From assembly GCA_038326915.1 (NCBI GenBank), contig JBBQKM010000001.1, forward strand, positions 1 to 37,833: 37,833 bases of DNA. Direction: 5' to 3'. The translations under genes were made by a program, and so were the position numbers. Below the pieces are notes generated by a model. The model did not search any database, had not been told where the DNA came from, and saw only the letters and a program-made list of their open reading frames with translations. Source of the DNA: Sphingomonadales bacterium (lineage in GTDB: Bacteria; Pseudomonadota; Alphaproteobacteria; Sphingomonadales; Sphingomonadaceae). Shown in pieces: positions 7,632 to 16,716 of this stretch (position 1 is the stretch's first letter; every line of letters starts with the position of its first letter).

Positions 7632-8657
7632 ATGTTCCGCACCCTTCGCCCGCTGATCTTCGCGCTCGACCCTGAACGCGCGCACAATCTGACAATCGCG
7701 GCGCTGCGCACCGGACTGGTGCCGGCGGCGCCCGCCGATGATCCGATCCTGCGCACGACCGTAGCTGGCCTTGACCTGCCCAACCCGGTGGGGCTCGCGG
7801 CGGGGTTCGACAAGGACGTGATGGTCCCCGATGCGATGCTGCGGCTGGGGTTCGGCTTTGTGGAGTGTGGCTCGGTGACGCCGCGGCCGCAGGACGGCAA
7901 CCCGCAGCCGCGACTGTTCCGGCTGGCCGAGGACGCGGCGGTGATCAACCGCATGGGTTTCAACAACCGCGGTCTCGAACATGCCGTTGCGCGGTTGCAG
8001 GCGCGGCGCCATCGGCCCGGCATCATCGCCATCAACCTCGGTGCGAACAAGGACAGTGACGACCGCACCGCCGACTATGTGACCGGCATGCGCGCGGCGG
8101 CGGCGCTGGCCAGCTATGTCACCGTCAACATCTCGTCGCCGAATACCCCGGGGGTGCGCGCGCTGCAGGATGGCGGGGCGTTGCGCGACCTGATCGCGCG
8201 GGTGGTCGAAGCGCGCGGCGCGATCGCGGCGCCGATCTTTGTCAAGGTCGCACCCGATCTTGAAAACGATGACTTTACAGTGATTTCCCGCGCAGCAATC
8301 GACGGCGGCATCGATGGCCTGATCGTGTCCAACACTACCATCGCGCGGCCCATGTTGCGCAGCAATCTGGGCGCCGAAACCGGCGGCCTGTCGGGCGCGC
8401 CGCTGGCACCGCTCGCGCTGTCGGCCTTGCAGCACTTCGTTGCCGCGACCGGCGGCGCGCTGCCGATCATCGCCGCCGGTGGTATCGCTTCGGGCGCCGA
8501 TGCCTATGCCCGCATCCGCGCCGGGGCGAGCGCCGTCCAGCTTTATTCCGCGCTGGTCTATGAAGGGCCGGGGCTGGTCACGCGCATCAAGGCCGATCTT
8601 GCCGCGCTATTGCGCCGCGACGGCTTTGCGAGCGTTGCCGAGGCTGTCGGTGGCTGA
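7632..8657 (+). CDS. pyrD: Quinone-dependent dihydroorotate dehydrogenase
   Basis: LDPERAH, NPVGLAAGFDK, GSVTPRPQ.GN..PRLFRL, INRMGFNN, NISSPNTPG, VKVAPD, GGLSG, VQLYSAL.Y.GP. Confidence 0.96.
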   Translation: MFRTLRPLIFALDPERAHNLTIAALRTGLVPAAPADDPILRTTVAGLDLPNPVGLAAGFDKDVMVPDAMLRLGFGFVECGSVTPRPQDGNPQPRLFRLAEDAAVINRMGFNNRGLEHAVARLQARRHRPGIIAINLGANKDSDDRTADYVTGMRAAAALASYVTVNISSPNTPGVRALQDGGALRDLIARVVEARGAIAAPIFVKVAPDLENDDFTVISRAAIDGGIDGLIVSNTTIARPMLRSNLGAETGGLSGAPLAPLALSALQHFVAATGGALPIIAAGGIASGADAYARIRAGASAVQLYSALVYEGPGLVTRIKADLAALLRRDGFASVAEAVGG

Positions 8658-9069
8658 GATCGGCCGCCTCGCCGAAGCCGAAATCGCGGTGGCGGTGGCG
8701 CTGTGGCACGCCGCCGGGCTCACACGGCCGTGGAATGATCCCGATGCCGACGCGCGGCGCGCGCTGGCCGCCGCGAACGCGACGATTTTTGCAGCGCGCA
8801 GCGACGGCGCGCTCGTCGGCACGGCGATGGCCGGGCATGACGGTCATCGCGGCTGGGTCTATTACCTCGCTGTCGCTGCCGATCACCGCGGCCGCGGCGT
8901 TGCCCGCCTGCTGATGGCCGCGGCCGAAACCTGGTGCGCCGCACGGGGCATGCCGCGGCTCAACCTGATGGTGCGATCGGGCAATGATCCGGCGATCGGT
9001 TTCTACCATCGCCTCGGCTATCGCACCGCCGACGTCGTGGTGCTGCAACGCGACCTGCCACCAGCCTGA
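8650..9069 (+). CDS. GNAT family acetyltransferase (YpeA-like)
   Basis: GTG 8650 overlaps the pyrD end; LTRPWNDP, GHDGHRGWVYYLAV, RGRGVA, FYHRLGY. Confidence 0.88.
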   Translation: MAEIGRLAEAEIAVAVALWHAAGLTRPWNDPDADARRALAAANATIFAARSDGALVGTAMAGHDGHRGWVYYLAVAADHRGRGVARLLMAAAETWCAARGMPRLNLMVRSGNDPAIGFYHRLGYRTADVVVLQRDLPPA

Positions 9070-9132
9070 CGCCTGCCAACCTGACGATAGACCGCTTGTC
9101 AGCCGGGCAATCGCCCGCCAATGTTTCGCGAC

Positions 9133-10824
9133 ATGAAAATCGCCCTTCTCGCCGCCGCCCTTGCTGTTGCAAGCCCTGTTCTCGCCCGCGAAGCGCCTGC
9201 CGCCAGTGCCGCGATGGTCTCCGCCGCCGATCCGCGTGGCGCTGCGGCCGGCATCGCCATGTTGAAACAGGGCGGCAACGCCATGGACGCCATCGCTGCA
9301 ACGCTGCTGGCGCTGAGCGTCGTCGAACCGCAATCGTCGGGCATCGGCGGTGGCGGGTTGCTAGTATACCAGCCCGTCGGCGGCAAGGCACCGACGACCT
9401 TCGACGGCCGCGAAAAGGCGCCGATGGCGGCGACGCCTGACCTGTTCATGGCCAATGGCAAGCCGCAGCCGCGCCGCGAGGCGGTACCGGGCGGCAAGAG
9501 CGTCGGCGTGCCGGGCAATATCGCCATGATCGCCCTCGCCCATGCCCGCCACGGCAAGCTGCCCTGGGCGGCACTGTTCCAGCCGGCGATCGATCTGGCC
9601 CGCGGCGGTTATGTGATCACGCCGCGCATGGCTGGCGCCATCGCCAACAGCCGCGACACGCTGGCACGCACGCCGGCGGCCGCGGCCTTGTTCCTCAACC
9701 CCGATGGCACACCCAAGGCCGCCGGCACCCGCATCGTCAACGAACCGCTGGCGCGCGTGCTCGAAGCCATCGCCAAGGGCGGCCCGCGGCAGTTCTACAC
9801 TGGCGAAATCGCCGCCGGCATTGTCGAAACGGTGCGCACCGCGCCGACCAACCCGTCGACGATGACGGTCGCCGACCTCGCCGCCTATGAGGCCAAGCAG
9901 CGGCCGCCGGTGTGTGCGCCCTATCGCGTCTGGCGCATCTGCTCGATGGGGCCGCCATCGGCCGGCGGCATCGCCGTGATCGGCATCGTCAAGCAACTGG
10001 AAGGCTTTGATCTCGCCAAGCTCGGCCCCGACGGCGCGACGTCGTGGCATTTGTTCGCCGAATCCGAACGCCTGGCCTTTGCCGATCGCGCCGCCTATGG
10101 CGCCGACAGCGATTTCATCGCGGTGCCGGTCAAGGGACTGGTGGCCGCCGATTATCTGAAGGCCCGCGGCGCGTTGATCCGCGCCGATGCGACAATGGCA
10201 AAGGCCGAACCCGGGCTGCCGGCGGGCGCCGCGAAGCGCACCCCGGCGCCGGGTGGCGAAATCCCCTCGACCACCCATTTCGCTGCCGTCGACAAGGCCG
10301 GCAATGTCGCATCGCTGACCTCCACGGTCGAAGGCGGCTTCGGCAGTTCGCTGGTGTCGGGCGGCATGATTCTCAACAACGAGCTCACCGATTTCAGCTT
10401 CGAACCCGCGATCAACGGCGCGCCGGTCGCCAATCGCGTCCAGGGCGGCAAGCGGCCACGATCGTCGATGTCGCCGACGATCGTCTATGATTCGAAGGGC
10501 CGCGTCGTGCTCGCCATCGGCGCCGCCGGCGGCATGACGATCCCGGCGCAGGTCGCCAAGGCGATCATCGGCGTGCTCGACTGGAAATTGTCGGTGCAGG
10601 ATGCCATCGCGCTGCCGCTGCTCTATGTCTCCGATGACCTGCTGATCGCCGAAAAATCGCCGCAGGGCGAGCCGCTGCAAAAATTGCTGCCGGCGCTCGA
10701 AAAGCTCGGCCATCGCACCGCCAGCTATCCGCTGCCGCTGAAGGCCAATGGCATCGAACGCATCGCCGGTGGCTGGCGCGGCGGCGCCGATCCGCGTAGC
10801 GAAGGCGTCGCGATCGGCTATTGA
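9133..10824 (+). CDS. ggt: Gamma-glutamyltransferase (signal peptide)
   Basis: GGNAMDA, EPQSSGIGGG, DGREKAP, PPSAGG, nucleophile STTHF, LNNELTDF, KRPRSSMSP, ADPRSEG. Confidence 0.95.
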   Translation: MKIALLAAALAVASPVLAREAPAASAAMVSAADPRGAAAGIAMLKQGGNAMDAIAATLLALSVVEPQSSGIGGGGLLVYQPVGGKAPTTFDGREKAPMAATPDLFMANGKPQPRREAVPGGKSVGVPGNIAMIALAHARHGKLPWAALFQPAIDLARGGYVITPRMAGAIANSRDTLARTPAAAALFLNPDGTPKAAGTRIVNEPLARVLEAIAKGGPRQFYTGEIAAGIVETVRTAPTNPSTMTVADLAAYEAKQRPPVCAPYRVWRICSMGPPSAGGIAVIGIVKQLEGFDLAKLGPDGATSWHLFAESERLAFADRAAYGADSDFIAVPVKGLVAADYLKARGALIRADATMAKAEPGLPAGAAKRTPAPGGEIPSTTHFAAVDKAGNVASLTSTVEGGFGSSLVSGGMILNNELTDFSFEPAINGAPVANRVQGGKRPRSSMSPTIVYDSKGRVVLAIGAAGGMTIPAQVAKAIIGVLDWKLSVQDAIALPLLYVSDDLLIAEKSPQGEPLQKLLPALEKLGHRTASYPLPLKANGIERIAGGWRGGADPRSEGVAIGY

Positions 10825-10834
10825 GAGACAGACC

Positions 10835-12691
10835 ATGAGCCTGCCGACCCTGCCCCCGCTGCGCCCCGCCAAGATGGCAGCGCGCATCGACGCCTGGCCC
10901 AACCTCGTCACCATGTTCCTCGATCGCGCCGATGAACATGGCGAGCGGCCGATGCTTTCGAAAAAGATCGCGGGCGCGTGGCAGACGCAGACCTGGGCGC
11001 AATGCCGCGATGTCGTCGCCGGGCTTTCGGCGGCACTGATCGATCTCGGCATCAAAAAGGGTGACCGCGTCGTGCTGGTCAGCGAAAACCGCCCCGAATG
11101 GTGCCTCGCCGATCTCGCCATCATGGCCGCCGGCGCGATCACCGTGCCCGCCTACACCACCAATACCGAGGCCGATCACACCCATATCATCGGCAACAGT
11201 GGCGCCCGCGCCGTCATCGTTTCGGGGCCAAAGCTGGCCGCCAACCTGCTGCCCGCCGTCGCCGCCAGCGACCAGTGCCGCATCGTCATCGGCATCGACC
11301 ATCTGAAGGATGCGCAGCGGGGTGACCTCGTCATTCACCAGTGGCAGACGCTGGTCGAGGCGCGCGCCGCCGACATCATCGCCGACCGCGCAACGTTGCG
11401 CGCTCGCGCGACGATGCAGCGCCACGATCTGGCGTGCATCATCTACACCAGCGGCACCGGCGGCGCGCCGCGCGGCGTGCGCCAGCATCATGGCGCCATC
11501 ATGCGCAACATTGCCGGTGCCAACACCGTCATCGAACAGGATTTTTTCCCCGGCGAACCGGTGGGGGAATTGTTCCTCAGCTTTTTGCCGCTCAGCCACG
11601 CCTATGAACACACCGCCGGCCAGTACATGCCGATCGGCATGGGCGGGCAGATCTATTATGCTGAAGGGCTCGAAAAGCTCGCCGCCAATATCGAGGAAGC
11701 GCGGCCGACCTTCATGGTCGTCGTGCCGCGGCTGTTCGAGGTGCTGCGCACCCGCATCGCCAAGCAGATCGAAAAACAGGGCGGCGTCGCCGTCACCCTG
11801 CTCAACCAGGCGCTGCGGCTGGCGCGCAAGGAAGCCCGCGGCGAAAGCCTGAACATCGCCGAGCGCCTGCTCGATGCAGCGCTTGAACGCACCATCCGCA
11901 AATCGATCCGCGCCAAGTTCGGCGGGCGGTTGAAGGGCATGGTCGCCGGCGGGGCACCATTGAACCCCGAAGTCGGCATCTTTTTCGCCGCGATCGGCAT
12001 CGCCATCCTGCAGGGCTATGGCCAGACCGAGGCCGGGCCGGTGATTTCGTGCAACCGCCCGCGCGCGCGGTTGAAGATGCACACCGTCGGGCCGCCGCTG
12101 ACCGGGGTGGAGGTCAAGATCGCCGCCGATGGCGAGATCCTGGTGCAGGGCGAACTGGTGATGGACGGATACTGGATGAACGACGCCGAAAGCCATCGCG
12201 TGCTGCAGGATGGCTGGCTGTACACCGGCGACATCGGCCATTTCGACAAGGATGGCCATCTGGTCATCACCGACCGCAAGAAAGACATCATCATCAACGA
12301 CAAGGGGGATAACGTTGCGCCCCAGCGTGTCGAGGGCATGCTGACACTGCAGGACGAGATCGCCCAGGCGATGGTCTATGGCGACAAGCGGCCCTATCTC
12401 GTCGGCGTCGTCGTTCCCGAAGTCGAATGGGCGATGTGCTGGGCCAAGGACAAGGGCATGCCTGCCGACTTGCACAAGCTGGCGCGCGAACCCGAATTCC
12501 ACCGCGCCGTGATGGCGGCGGTCGATCGCGTCAATGCGCGGCTGTCGGTCATCGAAAAGGTGCGCCGCGTCGTCATCGCCGATGAACCCTTTACCACCGA
12601 CAACCAACAGATGACGCCGTCGCTGAAGATCCGCCGCCATGTGCTGAAACAGGTCTATGGCGCGCGGCTCGACAAGCTTTACGCGGCCTGA
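10835..12691 (+). CDS. Long-chain fatty acid-CoA ligase (AMP-dependent synthetase)
   Basis: IIYTSGTGGAPRGV, FLPLSHAYE, QGYGQTE, YTGDIG, DRKKDII, TPSLKIRR. Confidence 0.92.
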   Translation: MSLPTLPPLRPAKMAARIDAWPNLVTMFLDRADEHGERPMLSKKIAGAWQTQTWAQCRDVVAGLSAALIDLGIKKGDRVVLVSENRPEWCLADLAIMAAGAITVPAYTTNTEADHTHIIGNSGARAVIVSGPKLAANLLPAVAASDQCRIVIGIDHLKDAQRGDLVIHQWQTLVEARAADIIADRATLRARATMQRHDLACIIYTSGTGGAPRGVRQHHGAIMRNIAGANTVIEQDFFPGEPVGELFLSFLPLSHAYEHTAGQYMPIGMGGQIYYAEGLEKLAANIEEARPTFMVVVPRLFEVLRTRIAKQIEKQGGVAVTLLNQALRLARKEARGESLNIAERLLDAALERTIRKSIRAKFGGRLKGMVAGGAPLNPEVGIFFAAIGIAILQGYGQTEAGPVISCNRPRARLKMHTVGPPLTGVEVKIAADGEILVQGELVMDGYWMNDAESHRVLQDGWLYTGDIGHFDKDGHLVITDRKKDIIINDKGDNVAPQRVEGMLTLQDEIAQAMVYGDKRPYLVGVVVPEVEWAMCWAKDKGMPADLHKLAREPEFHRAVMAAVDRVNARLSVIEKVRRVVIADEPFTTDNQQMTPSLKIRRHVLKQVYGARLDKLYAA

Positions 12692-12697
12692 GCGCAT

Positions 12698-12730
12698 AAA
12701 AAAGGGGCGGCCCAACGGCCGCCCCTTTCT
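12698..12730. terminator. Bidirectional rho-independent terminator
   Basis: AAAGGGGCGGCC-CAAC-GGCCGCCCCTTT 12-bp stem, A6 on the left, TTTCT on the right, between convergent genes. Confidence 0.88.
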
Positions 12731-12746
12731 CATATCGGCGTATCGA

Positions 12747-13325
12747 TCAGGCGGCGGCGGCGATCGCGCGACGGCGGCGCATTGTGGCGCCGACGAGGCC
12801 GAAGCCGGCGATCAACATCGCCCAGGTCGCCGCTTCGGGAACCGCACCGTTGAAGTTGAGCTGACCGACAGCGAACTGCCAGTCGCTGTTGCCGTTGGTC
12901 CCGTTGCTGATCTGCAGCAGCGCGATATTGCTGGCATTGACGGTGACGAGGCTGAAGTCTGCAACATCGCCGAGATAGCCCGACGTCAGCAAGACGTTGC
13001 TGCTGTCATAGGCGAAATAGGCCGAGGCGCCAATGGTGCCATAGTTTTCAAAGGTGAACGACACGCCCGACGCCGGCGCGGTGAAGCTGGCATTGAGGAA
13101 GTTGGCGGTCGGATAATTGCCGCTCGCGGTGTTCGACAGCCCGCCATAGGCGACGACCGGATCGCCGGCCGAGAATGTGCCGCCCTGCAGCGAGAAAACG
13201 ACGCCCGGATACTGGCTGGTGACCGCGGTGCCGTCGGGCAACGCTGCGAAGTCGATGGTGACAGCGCCAGCGACGGCCGGCAGCGCGATGGCGACGGCAA
13301 AGGCGAGCAGGTTACGTGAAATCAT
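12747..13325 (-). CDS. PEPxxWA-CTERM sorting domain surface protein (paralog 1)
   Basis: Signal peptide; C-terminal VPEAATWAMLIAGFGLVGATMRRRR. Confidence 0.92.
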   Translation of the reverse strand: MISRNLLAFAVAIALPAVAGAVTIDFAALPDGTAVTSQYPGVVFSLQGGTFSAGDPVVAYGGLSNTASGNYPTANFLNASFTAPASGVSFTFENYGTIGASAYFAYDSSNVLLTSGYLGDVADFSLVTVNASNIALLQISNGTNGNSDWQFAVGQLNFNGAVPEAATWAMLIAGFGLVGATMRRRRAIAAAA

Positions 13326-13364
13326 GATCTACTTCCCCAAGTTGACGATCGGTGAAGATATTGT

Positions 13365-13380
13365 AGCAATAACCATGCCA
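13365..13380 (-). promoter_or_regulatory. Sigma54 (-24/-12) promoter of the PEP-CTERM gene
   Basis: Minus strand TGGCAT-GGTTA-TTGCT, 39 nt upstream of ATG 13325. Confidence 0.82.
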
Positions 13381-13431
13381 TTTGCTGACATGATATAAAA
13401 CAATGGGTTGACCTGCATCGGCTTGCGACGT

Positions 13432-13448
13432 TGTAAAGTTTTATTACA
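13432..13448. promoter_or_regulatory. Enhancer-like site TGT-N11-ACA (PEP-CTERM box, PrsR-type activator)
   Basis: TGTAAAGTTTTATTACA palindrome about 50 bp upstream of the sigma54 site. Confidence 0.72.
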
Positions 13449-13528
13449 CTCTTGAGGGTTCGGCGCCCGGGATTGCACGATCGGCCTGCGGTGGCCGGCG
13501 ATCGCAAACATGCTATGAGAGCGACGCC

Positions 13529-13585
13529 ATGACTGATCCGACGATGCTCCATTGCCCTTGCTGCCAGCCCGGCGCTGTCCGGTGA
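13529..13585 (+). CDS. Putative Cys-rich small uORF MTDPTMLHCPCCQPGAVR
   Basis: 18 codons; its TGA overlaps the xth GTG (GTGA); preceded by GTGGCC-N17-TATGAG. Confidence 0.4.
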   Translation: MTDPTMLHCPCCQPGAVR

Positions 13586-14352
13586 GGATCGCCAGTTTCA
13601 ACATCAATGGCACCAATGCCAGGCTGCCACGGCTGCTCGACTGGCTGGCGGAGGCGCAGCCCGACGTCGCCTGCCTGCAGGAAATCAAGACGATCAGCGA
13701 AAATTTCCCTGTCGATGTGCTGCGCGACGCCGGCTACCACTGCCTCGTCCATGGCCAGAAGGGCTTCAACGGCGTCGCCATCCTGAGCCGCGAGCCGGCG
13801 GTCGAAACGCAGCGCGGCCTGCCCGGCGACGACACCGACGAACAGTCGCGCTATCTCGAGGCCGAGGTCGGCGGTGTCCGCGTTGCCAGCATCTATCTGC
13901 CCAACGGCAACCCGCAACCGGGGCCGAAATTCGATTACAAGCTGGCGTGGATGGCACGGTTGCACGCCCATGCCGCGACCCTGCTGGCCGATGGCGTGCC
14001 GACAGTGCTCGCCGGAGACTACAACGTCATCCCCAATGACGACGACATCTGGTCACCCATCGCGATGCGCGACGACGCGCTGATGCAGCCCGAAAGCCGC
14101 GCCGCGTATCGCGGCCTGCTGTGGCAAGGCTGGACGGACGCCATCCGCAGCGTCCATCCGCGCGGCGGCATCTGGAGCTATTGGGATTACCAGGCCGGCG
14201 CCTGGCAGCGCGATCACGGCTTTCGCATCGATCACCTGCTGCTGTCGGCCGGTGCCGCCGACCGGCTGGTCGATGCCGGCGTCGACAAGGCCGTGCGCGG
14301 CGCCGAAAAGGCCAGCGACCATGCCCCGGCCTGGGTCGTGCTGCGCGATTAA
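13582..14352 (+). CDS. xth: Exodeoxyribonuclease III
   Basis: RIASFNING, LQEIK, GFNGVAILS, IYLPNGNP, GDYNV, GFRIDH, SDHAP. Confidence 0.95.
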   Translation: MRIASFNINGTNARLPRLLDWLAEAQPDVACLQEIKTISENFPVDVLRDAGYHCLVHGQKGFNGVAILSREPAVETQRGLPGDDTDEQSRYLEAEVGGVRVASIYLPNGNPQPGPKFDYKLAWMARLHAHAATLLADGVPTVLAGDYNVIPNDDDIWSPIAMRDDALMQPESRAAYRGLLWQGWTDAIRSVHPRGGIWSYWDYQAGAWQRDHGFRIDHLLLSAGAADRLVDAGVDKAVRGAEKASDHAPAWVVLRD

Positions 14353-15494
14353 AGCGCCTTTTCGTACACCCGGTATGTTCGTGTCACCTTGCTTTCTATG
14401 GCGTCGGCAATCGATCGCATCGGGCCATTGTCATCCAGAATCCAGCCGATTTCGCCCTCTTCGGCGCCATATTTCTCGACAGCGACACGGCGGATATACT
14501 CGATCATCTGGAACGCCATCAGCGAGGCCACGCGATGGCCCTGCAGGCTCTTGCGGATCCCCATCAACGGAACGCGAATGGTTTTCACCCGCGGCTTGCG
14601 CAGGCGCCACAGCAGCTTTGCCCAGCCAAAGGGGAACAGCCGGCCGCCGAGATCGACGGTCAGTTCGTTGATATCGGGCAGCGAGATCAGGAAGCCGACC
14701 GCCACGCCTTCATATTCGGCGATGCGGATCAGGTCCTCGAACACGATCGGCTTCAGCTTCTTGCCGACATGGGCAATCTCTGCCGGGGTCAGCGGCACAA
14801 AGCCCCAGTTTGTCGACCAGGCATCGTTGAGGATATCGAGGATCAGCGCCGCTTCCTCGGCAAAGCGCGATTTGTCGACCGTCCGCGTCACCAGCTTGGT
14901 ATTGCGTTCGCTGGCCGCGACGATGCGCTGCACGATTTCGGGAAACGGCTGCCCGATGCGCAGCCCCCAGGTGTGCAGATCCTTGATGCCGGCATAGCCG
15001 CGGGCGAGCACGAGTTTCTGGTAATAGGGCAGGTGATGGCCCATCATCACTGTCGGCGACCGATCGAAGCCTTCGACGAGCAGCCCGGGTTCATCCCAGA
15101 TCGACAGGCTGAACGGCCCCTGCGCGCGCACCATGCCCTGCCCGCGCAGCCAGCTTTCGGCAGTTTCGATCAACAGGTCGGCGACCGCCTGGTCATCGAT
15201 GCATTCGAACATGCCCCAATGGCCGGTGCCGGCGCCCATGTGCTGCAGCACCAGCTGATCGACCTGTGCGGAGATGCGACCGACGACGGCGCCATCGCGT
15301 TCGACCATCCAGAATTTGGCGCGGCCGTGTTCGAACCAGGGGTTGCCCGCAATGCCGCCGATCAGCGCCTGCATCTCGCTGCGCAACGGCGGCACGAAAT
15401 GCGGGTCGTTGGCATACAGCCGATACGGCAGCTCGAGAAACCGGGTCCGGTCGGCAGCGGATTCGACGGCGACGAGGGCGAGCGCGCCGGTCAC
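14349..15494 (-). CDS. GNAT-fold N-acyltransferase, YghO/bacterial ceramide synthase (bCerS)-like
   Basis: FLELPYRLYANDPHFVPPL, GRISAQ, WGMFEC, GLLVEGF, NWGFVPLT, EIGWILDDN, TYRVYEK; downstream of lptG as in the Caulobacter ceramide locus. GTG start approximate. Confidence 0.78.
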   Translation of the reverse strand: MTGALALVAVESAADRTRFLELPYRLYANDPHFVPPLRSEMQALIGGIAGNPWFEHGRAKFWMVERDGAVVGRISAQVDQLVLQHMGAGTGHWGMFECIDDQAVADLLIETAESWLRGQGMVRAQGPFSLSIWDEPGLLVEGFDRSPTVMMGHHLPYYQKLVLARGYAGIKDLHTWGLRIGQPFPEIVQRIVAASERNTKLVTRTVDKSRFAEEAALILDILNDAWSTNWGFVPLTPAEIAHVGKKLKPIVFEDLIRIAEYEGVAVGFLISLPDINELTVDLGGRLFPFGWAKLLWRLRKPRVKTIRVPLMGIRKSLQGHRVASLMAFQMIEYIRRVAVEKYGAEEGEIGWILDDNGPMRSIADAIESKVTRTYRVYEKAL

Positions 15495-15627
15495 CGGCCG
15501 CCGGCCAGTGCCATGCCGACCCGGCATTGATGTTGCGATGAATTGGCGGCCGTCACTGTGCACCCCTGCTTGTTCCGACCGTGCCTAGGGCGGCATTGCG
15601 GCCAATTTGGGACGGCTGGGCCGGGCG

Positions 15628-16716
15628 CTATTCCTCGGTGCGGATCAGCACCGCCTCGCCGATCAGCAGGAACAGCACAAAGGGCGCCCACGCCGCCATT
15701 AGCGGCGGGACCGTGCCGAAATTGCCCATCGCCAGCATGAAATTGTCGGCCACGAAAAACGCAAACCCCAGGAACATGCCGATCACGGCGCGGACGAACA
15801 GCCGCCCCGATCGCGCCAGGCCGAACGCGGCAACCGCGCCGAGCAGCGGCATCAGCACCGTCGACAGCGGCCCCGAAATCTTGTGCCAGGCAGCGGCGAC
15901 GAGCATATCGACGGGCTTGCCGGCGGCGCGCTGCTCGGCAATCTGCGGCCACAGGTCCCACAATGGTATCCACGCCGGGTTGATGCTGGTGGTGGTGAAC
16001 TGCCGCGGCACCACCGGTGTGGCGAAATGCAGCGCCGGCATCGGGGTCAGCGTGCCGCGCGCGACGTCGAACACCCGCGCCGCCGTCAGGTCCCAGCCAT
16101 CGCCCTGCGGCCGTGCGGTTTCGGCCATGACGACACGCATCAGCTTGTTGTCCTGCCGGTCGTAGATGGTGACGCCGCCCAGCACCGTCGCCGCGCCGAC
16201 GCCGCTGACCGTCAGCGCGCGGAACAGATCGTCACCGCCGCGCACCCAGCTTTCGGCGATGGGCTTTTTCGCCTTGGGCAGTCGCTGATAGCCATTTTCC
16301 TGCCAGGTCTTGAGCGTCTGGGTGGAGCGCGTCGTGATGCGTTCGTTGAAAACGAAATTGGCGACCGCGATGCCAAAGGCGGCGACGAACAGCGGCGCGA
16401 GGATCTGGTGCGCCGATATGCCCGCTGCCTTGAAGATCACCACCTCGCTGTTCTGGTTGAGCGTCGCCAGCGTCACCAAGGTCGCGAGCAGCACCGAAAA
16501 CGGCAGGAACAGCTGCACCAGCTGCGGCACGCGCAGCGACACATAGGTCCACAGCTCCGCCTCGCCATTGCCGGCAGCGGCGAGGATCTTGCCCGATTCG
16601 CCGAGGAGATCGAGCGATTCGAGGATGACAATCAGCCCGATCAGGAACGCCGCCGATCGCACCAGCAGCATCTTTGCTGTGTACCAGGCGATCGTGGTGG
16701 AGGGGAAAACCTTCAT
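15628..16716 (-). CDS. lptG: LptG-family ABC transporter permease
   Basis: YjgP/YjgQ pattern: LPFSVLLATLVTLATLNQNSEVVIFKAAGIS, periplasmic jellyroll, AAWAPFVLF. Confidence 0.9.
   Translation of the reverse strand: MKVFPSTTIAWYTAKMLLVRSAAFLIGLIVILESLDLLGESGKILAAAGNGEAELWTYVSLRVPQLVQLFLPFSVLLATLVTLATLNQNSEVVIFKAAGISAHQILAPLFVAAFGIAVANFVFNERITTRSTQTLKTWQENGYQRLPKAKKPIAESWVRGGDDLFRALTVSGVGAATVLGGVTIYDRQDNKLMRVVMAETARPQGDGWDLTAARVFDVARGTLTPMPALHFATPVVPRQFTTTSINPAWIPLWDLWPQIAEQRAAGKPVDMLVAAAWHKISGPLSTVLMPLLGAVAAFGLARSGRLFVRAVIGMFLGFAFFVADNFMLAMGNFGTVPPLMAAWAPFVLFLLIGEAVLIRTEE

Noticed and set aside
8650-9069. GNAT as the YjhQ antitoxin of yjhX
   Set aside because: Motifs are YpeA-like, it is coupled to pyrD on the opposite strand, and nothing links it to yjhX.
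9361-12733. Very long antisense ORFs (9361..11142, 10565..12733; likewise 4036..5721, 26276..27820, 27406..29226)
   Set aside because: They shadow well-supported genes on the opposite strand. High GC3 bias suppresses stops, and the translations have no recognisable motifs.
15491-15514. 7-codon ORF MALAGGR overlapping the bCerS-like start (GTGA)
   Set aside because: No clear SD or promoter and no distinctive composition; easily arises by chance.
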